Shown: in pieces, positions 59,414 through 64,000 of the stretch | How positions within the stretch are numbered: position 1 is the stretch's first letter | How the letters are laid out: each line of letters opens with the position of its first letter | Assembly (NCBI GenBank): GCA_963826785.1 | Contig: CAWGYD010000001.1 | Span: 96,001-160,000 of the forward strand | Direction: 5' to 3' | DNA length: 64,000 nt | Source: an uncultured delta proteobacterium | GTDB lineage: Bacteria > Desulfobacterota > Desulfobacteria > Desulfobacterales > Desulfosalsimonadaceae | Notes under the pieces: generated by a model | What the model was told of the DNA's origin: nothing | Database searches by the model: none | Seen by the model: only the letters and a program-made list of their open reading frames with translations | Translations under genes and position numbers: made by a program

Positions 59414-59807
59414 CTCTTTATTCCTCTTGGTGCGCAAAGCGGCATCGGCAGGGTTTGACCGCCCGGGTCGGGCATCAAACGGGCAGAGGCCATGGGTTTC
59501 TTTTGGCTTGAATTATAACTATTTTGATTAACGAGGTATTTACAGGATGTCAATACTAATCTGTACTAAATGAGGTGTAAATTGAAAAAGAGGCTGCCGA
59601 AAAAATCGAGAATTCCTTCCATTCAAGGAAGAATTTGGCTTTCAACCGCACTTATTTACAAGGATTTTTAGTTCTGTGGAACCCGCATTGACCGGGGATT
59701 GTTTTTTGTCTATAAGAGATTAAAGACCTGTTGAACTCACAGTTCTTATCTCTCCAAAACGCGGATTTGCCGGATAATCGGCTATATTTCAGACAGCAGG
59801 CATATCT

Positions 59808-61430
59808 ATGGCTCGGATATTCAACACGCGGATAGGCAGGACGATCATTTGCCTGTCCATCTTCTTTGTATGGGCAATATCGGCGGTGCCCGCAGAAAGC
59901 CGGGAATTTACGCTGGCCACCTACAATGTGGAAAACCTGTTTGACCTTCACCGGGACCAGACTGAGTATGACGACTATATCCCCGGGGGCTCCGCCGGGT
60001 GGAACCAGGAGATGCTGTCGGCCAAACTTGAGCATACCGCGACTGTTTTATCGGACTTGGCCGCCGATGTCGCAGCCCTTCAGGAAATCGAATCTCCGGC
60101 CGCCCTTTCGCTGCTGGTGCAGGCCTTGAAACAAAAAGGCGCGGATTATCCGTATGCCGCCATATCCGGGCAGCGGGACGCATCGGTCAGGTGCGCCCTT
60201 CTTTCCATTTTCCCCATCACATCCGTTACGGAAATTGCGGTACCCGGCCGGGGGACACGCAACATTTTAAAGGCAGCCATCGACATCGACGGCCGTCAGC
60301 TGATCATTTATGTCAATCACTGGAAATCCAAAACCGGTCCGGAAAGCAGACGTCTGGTCTATGCGAGCGCCCTGTTGGCCGATATGAAAAGCCTGCCCGT
60401 ATCCGCCGATGTGGTGCTGGCCGGTGATTTCAATTCGGATTACAATGAATTCGAAACGTTTGCCCGAATCAAACGATTGAACGACACAAACGGGATCACC
60501 GGCATCAACCATATTCTGGGCACCCTCAAAAATTCCCGGATGGTTGAAGAAGCGCAGATGTTCATAAGGCCGGAAGACCGGGCAGTGTATAATCTCTGGC
60601 TGGAACTGCCCCCGCACCAGCGATGGTCCGTGGATTTTTACGGCCGGAAAAACAGTCCGGACAGCATCATCGTTTCAAAAGGGCTCTATGATGGAAGCGG
60701 CATCGCCTATGTCGATAATTCCTTCGACAAGTTCGATCCCCAGTACCTGTTTCAGGATGACCGGATCTACCGGTGGCAGCGGGCCGATAAAGGGAAGGGG
60801 CGTCATCTGGGAAAAGGGTATTCGGACCATCTGCCGGTATTCGCCCGATTTACCACCCAAGCCTACAAGAAAACCGCCCCCGGTGCGTTGCTTCAAAATA
60901 ATCCGGAAGAGGCAGCCATCGCCGATCTGTATCAAATGAATCCCGGCAGCTGCAGCTGCCGGCTGCGGGAATGCCGGGTGATTTATCGCTCGGGGGATCA
61001 TGCGGTGATCAAGCAGGAACAGGGACGTGCCATTTATATCTATGGGAGTGCCGGGAAATTGCAGATCAGGGGGATCTATGACCTGACGGTGGTTCAGCTG
61101 GCCCGCTATCACGGCAACATGGAAATCCATGCCGTCACGGACGTGCGGAAAACGGGCAGCTTCAACTCTCTGGATGAATACTGCATTGATCCGGGTGAAA
61201 TCGATCTTTCCGATCCGGGCCTCAGAAATGAAATCGTTTGCCGCGTGGAAGGAGAATATAAAAATGGATGGTTATATTATTCTCCGGGCCGAAAAATCCG
61301 GATTTACTTTTCGGATCCGGCCCTTGCGCCCAAGGAGCCGGGAAAATTGTGCATCACCAGCGCCCGGATCAATTATCACGACCATCCCGAACTCCTCGTG
61401 GAGCACGAGGAACAGCTGAGTGCACCATAA
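59808..61430 (+). CDS. Secreted endonuclease/exonuclease/phosphatase family protein
   Basis: Signal peptide; ATYNVENLFD, LQEIE, NHWKSK, AGDFN and YSDHLPV motifs. Confidence 0.9.
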   Translation: MARIFNTRIGRTIICLSIFFVWAISAVPAESREFTLATYNVENLFDLHRDQTEYDDYIPGGSAGWNQEMLSAKLEHTATVLSDLAADVAALQEIESPAALSLLVQALKQKGADYPYAAISGQRDASVRCALLSIFPITSVTEIAVPGRGTRNILKAAIDIDGRQLIIYVNHWKSKTGPESRRLVYASALLADMKSLPVSADVVLAGDFNSDYNEFETFARIKRLNDTNGITGINHILGTLKNSRMVEEAQMFIRPEDRAVYNLWLELPPHQRWSVDFYGRKNSPDSIIVSKGLYDGSGIAYVDNSFDKFDPQYLFQDDRIYRWQRADKGKGRHLGKGYSDHLPVFARFTTQAYKKTAPGALLQNNPEEAAIADLYQMNPGSCSCRLRECRVIYRSGDHAVIKQEQGRAIYIYGSAGKLQIRGIYDLTVVQLARYHGNMEIHAVTDVRKTGSFNSLDEYCIDPGEIDLSDPGLRNEIVCRVEGEYKNGWLYYSPGRKIRIYFSDPALAPKEPGKLCITSARINYHDHPELLVEHEEQLSAP

Positions 61431-61524
61431 GCGGGACCCGGGGAATCGGCATTAATCCATTGCCCCCGGGACAGGTTCAATGCTATGGGTTCATCATTTT
61501 TAAAAACCAATTGCAGGGCAGAAA

Positions 61525-62193
61525 ATGCAGTCAGACCGATTCCCGCTGAGCGAACGCCAGCGGCTGTTTATTCTTATTCCGTTTTTAATCCTGATCATCG
61601 GCGGCCTCGTATTCGCCCAGTTCGAGTATGGGCTGTTCCAGAGGATCATGACGCTGATCGACGAGAACACCCCGACCGGCCTGTTTATCGCCTTGATGCT
61701 GGTGCTCCCGGTTGCCGGAGTGCCCATCAGTCTTTTTCTGCTGGTTCTGGGCATCAAGTTCGGCCTGATCTACGGCATCGCACTCATGGAGATGACCATG
61801 CCGTTTCACATCCTCCTGTCCTACGGGCTTGCCCGCACCATCCGGCGGCCCGTCGAGTATCTTCTGGTAAATCGATACGGCTATCGCATCCCCCAGGTCT
61901 CGCCGGACAAAGCCCTGATGTTCAGCGTGGTATTCCTTGTGTTTCCGGGACTGCCCTATGCGGCCAAGAATTTCGTCCTCCCCCTGTCCGGCGTACCTTT
62001 CCGGTATTGTTTCTGGCTCAACTGGGCGGTCCAGGGGGTGCTGGTGATTCCCTTCATCATACTGGGAAAATCCGCGGCGGATATGGATGCCGTTTTGTTT
62101 GCGGTGACCATATTATTATTCGTCATCCTGTTTTTTCTCCTCCGGTGGGCCCAGAAACGGTACCGCGGGCTTCAGCAGGAAGACACCCCTTAA
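61525..62193 (+). CDS. VTT/DedA (TVP38) family membrane protein
   Basis: Multi-TM; FPGLPYAAKNFVLPLSGVPFRY pattern. Confidence 0.78.
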   Translation: MQSDRFPLSERQRLFILIPFLILIIGGLVFAQFEYGLFQRIMTLIDENTPTGLFIALMLVLPVAGVPISLFLLVLGIKFGLIYGIALMEMTMPFHILLSYGLARTIRRPVEYLLVNRYGYRIPQVSPDKALMFSVVFLVFPGLPYAAKNFVLPLSGVPFRYCFWLNWAVQGVLVIPFIILGKSAADMDAVLFAVTILLFVILFFLLRWAQKRYRGLQQEDTP

Positions 62194-62202
62194 GGAGAAC
62201 TT

Positions 62203-64000
62203 ATGAATACATACGAGGTTTACTTTATTCCCCATGATAAAAAAATCCGGGTGGATGAAGGGCAATTCCTGATCCGTGCGGCCATGGATGCGGGCGTTCA
62301 CGTGAATGCCTCCTGCGGCGGGGAGGGGGTATGCGGCAAGTGCCGGGTGCTGATCGAAAAGGGCGAAGTCGAAGGCGGCGTCTCTGAAAAACTCAGCCGC
62401 AGGGATATCGAGGAAGGATACCGGCTGGCCTGCCGGTCGAAGGTCAAAAGCGATCTGGTGGTCCGGATACCCGTGGAATCCAGCATTGATGCCGGTGTGC
62501 TGAACCGGATGTCCACCCCCCGACGGATGGCCCGCATCAAGGAAGTCAACCTGGATGACTTAAAGGAACAAGGGCTCTTCATACCGCCGGTGGAGAAAAA
62601 GTATTTGGAACTGCCGGAACCGACCCACCAGGACAATGCCGCCGACGTGACCCGGATCGTCCAGTCCCTGAGAACCCAGCATGGCGAGCACCGGCTGGAG
62701 TTGGACCTGTCGGTGATCCGGAAAATACCGGATGTGCTGCGCCAGTCCGATTTTAAAGTCACCGTCAATATCGCCCGGCCGGTGCGCAACGAAGGCAAAA
62801 ACCGGATCATCAATATCCAGAAGGGAGACGCCACCGGCCGCAATTTCGCCATTGCCGTGGACATCGGCACCACCACGATTTATGCGCAAATCATCGATCT
62901 GATTTCCGGAAATGTCATGTCCCAGTACGGGGATTTCAATTCCCAGATCAGCTATGGAGAAGACGTCATCAGCCGCATCGTGTTTGCGGAAAAACCCGGC
63001 GGCCTGGACAAGCTCAATGAAAAGGTGCTGGAAACCATCAATTCGGTGATCGAAAAAACCATCGCCAAGTCATCGGTGGATCCGGACGAGATTTCCACCA
63101 TCACTCTTGCGGGCAACACCACCATGACCCAGCTGTTTTTGAAGATCAATCCCCGATATATCCGGCGCGCCCCCTATGTGCCGGCGGCTGCTTTCTATCC
63201 GCCGGTCAAGGCATCGGATATCGGACTGAAGCTGCCGGAGCACGTCACCGCCCTGGTCTTTCCCCAGGTGTCGAGCTACGTGGGCGGCGATATCGTGGCC
63301 GGGGTCATGGGCTCGGGAATGGCCCATGACGAGCGGCTCACGCTTTACATGGATATCGGCACCAATGCCGAAATCGTCATCGGAAATCGTGACTGGCTGG
63401 TGTGCGCCGCCTGTTCGGCGGGCCCGGCCTTCGAGGGCGGCGGGATCAAACTGGGAATGAGGGCCGCCAAGGGCGCCATAGAGGACTTTTCCATCGATCC
63501 CGTTACCTTGGAGCCCATGAATATCACCATTGGCAACACGCGCCCCAAGGGGATCTGCGGCACCGGGCTGATCACCATGGTGGCCAGCATGTTCGAGATG
63601 GGGCTCATCGACAACCGGGGCAAATTCAACCGGGACCTGAAAACCCCCCGGCTGCGCGAGGTCGACGGGGTCTATGAGTTCGTGCTGGCCTGGAATGACG
63701 TGACCGGCATCGATCGGGATGTGGTCCTCACTGAAATCGATATGGATAACCTGATCCGCGCGAAGGGGGCCATGTACAGCGGATGCATGACTCTGCTCAA
63801 AGAAGTGGGCCTTGGCATCAAGGACCTCGACCGGATCATCATGGCCGGCGGGTTCGGCTCCTATGTGGATCTGGAAAAATGCATGGCCATCGGGCTGCTC
63901 CCGGAAATCGACCCGGAAAAGGTGACCTTTATCGGAAACGGTTCCCTTCTGGGCGCCCGCATGAGTTCGCTCACCAACCGGATCAGGCGGGATGTGGGCG
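62203..64000 (+). CDS. ASKHA-domain reductive activator of corrinoid proteins (RACo/AcsV-like) with N-terminal 2Fe-2S ferredoxin; runs off the window end
   Basis: Not in the ORF track. Manual translation gives MNTYEVYF..SCGGEGVCGKC..RLAC, AVDIGTTT, GEDVISRI, YVGGDIVAG, DIGTNAE, SAGPAFEG, GICGTG and AGGFG; RBS AAGGAG. Confidence 0.92.
   Translation, partial: MNTYEVYFIPHDKKIRVDEGQFLIRAAMDAGVHVNASCGGEGVCGKCRVLIEKGEVEGGVSEKLSRRDIEEGYRLACRSKVKSDLVVRIPVESSIDAGVLNRMSTPRRMARIKEVNLDDLKEQGLFIPPVEKKYLELPEPTHQDNAADVTRIVQSLRTQHGEHRLELDLSVIRKIPDVLRQSDFKVTVNIARPVRNEGKNRIINIQKGDATGRNFAIAVDIGTTTIYAQIIDLISGNVMSQYGDFNSQISYGEDVISRIVFAEKPGGLDKLNEKVLETINSVIEKTIAKSSVDPDEISTITLAGNTTMTQLFLKINPRYIRRAPYVPAAAFYPPVKASDIGLKLPEHVTALVFPQVSSYVGGDIVAGVMGSGMAHDERLTLYMDIGTNAEIVIGNRDWLVCAACSAGPAFEGGGIKLGMRAAKGAIEDFSIDPVTLEPMNITIGNTRPKGICGTGLITMVASMFEMGLIDNRGKFNRDLKTPRLREVDGVYEFVLAWNDVTGIDRDVVLTEIDMDNLIRAKGAMYSGCMTLLKEVGLGIKDLDRIIMAGGFGSYVDLEKCMAIGLLPEIDPEKVTFIGNGSLLGARMSSLTNRIRRDVG

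Overview
A GC-rich (visually about 55-60%) bacterial chromosomal window whose gene content suggests an anaerobic Desulfobacterota (Deltaproteobacteria)-like organism: CoA transferases, a RACo/ASKHA corrinoid activator, an F0-only ATP synthase cluster and a Mla/TamB/Omp85 envelope cluster. This taxonomic call is an inference. About 52 protein genes can be supported. I saw no rRNA, tRNA, CRISPR array or mobile element. The best candidate for an undescribed system is a minus-strand operon at about 32.7-35.9 kb. It has a near-consensus sigma70 promoter, then an unannotated 20-aa Lys/Cys-rich peptide gene (MKIKKVKKAPTGLCKCKRSC) with a strong RBS, a GC-rich hairpin, a 7-Cys protein, two radical SAM/SPASM enzymes (one with an RRE-like N-terminus) and a cupin, which together look like a new RiPP cluster. 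The second highlight is a Na+-type F0 operon encoding both a normal c subunit and a triplicated 243-aa c subunit whose middle hairpin has lost the ion-binding Glu, implying a heteromeric c-ring. Other items: tandem PAS-GGDEF-HD-GYP paralogues with degenerate HD-GYP motifs, an MlaF ATPase fused to a degenerate GGDEF-like domain, an aeRF1-like (baeRF) protein, an amidoligase/C26 pair, a degenerate LigD-type ligase beside Fpg, a 9x7-bp tandem repeat and a probable ATT start codon. Seven single-base frameshifts in five genes, including ettA, point to assembly indel errors.
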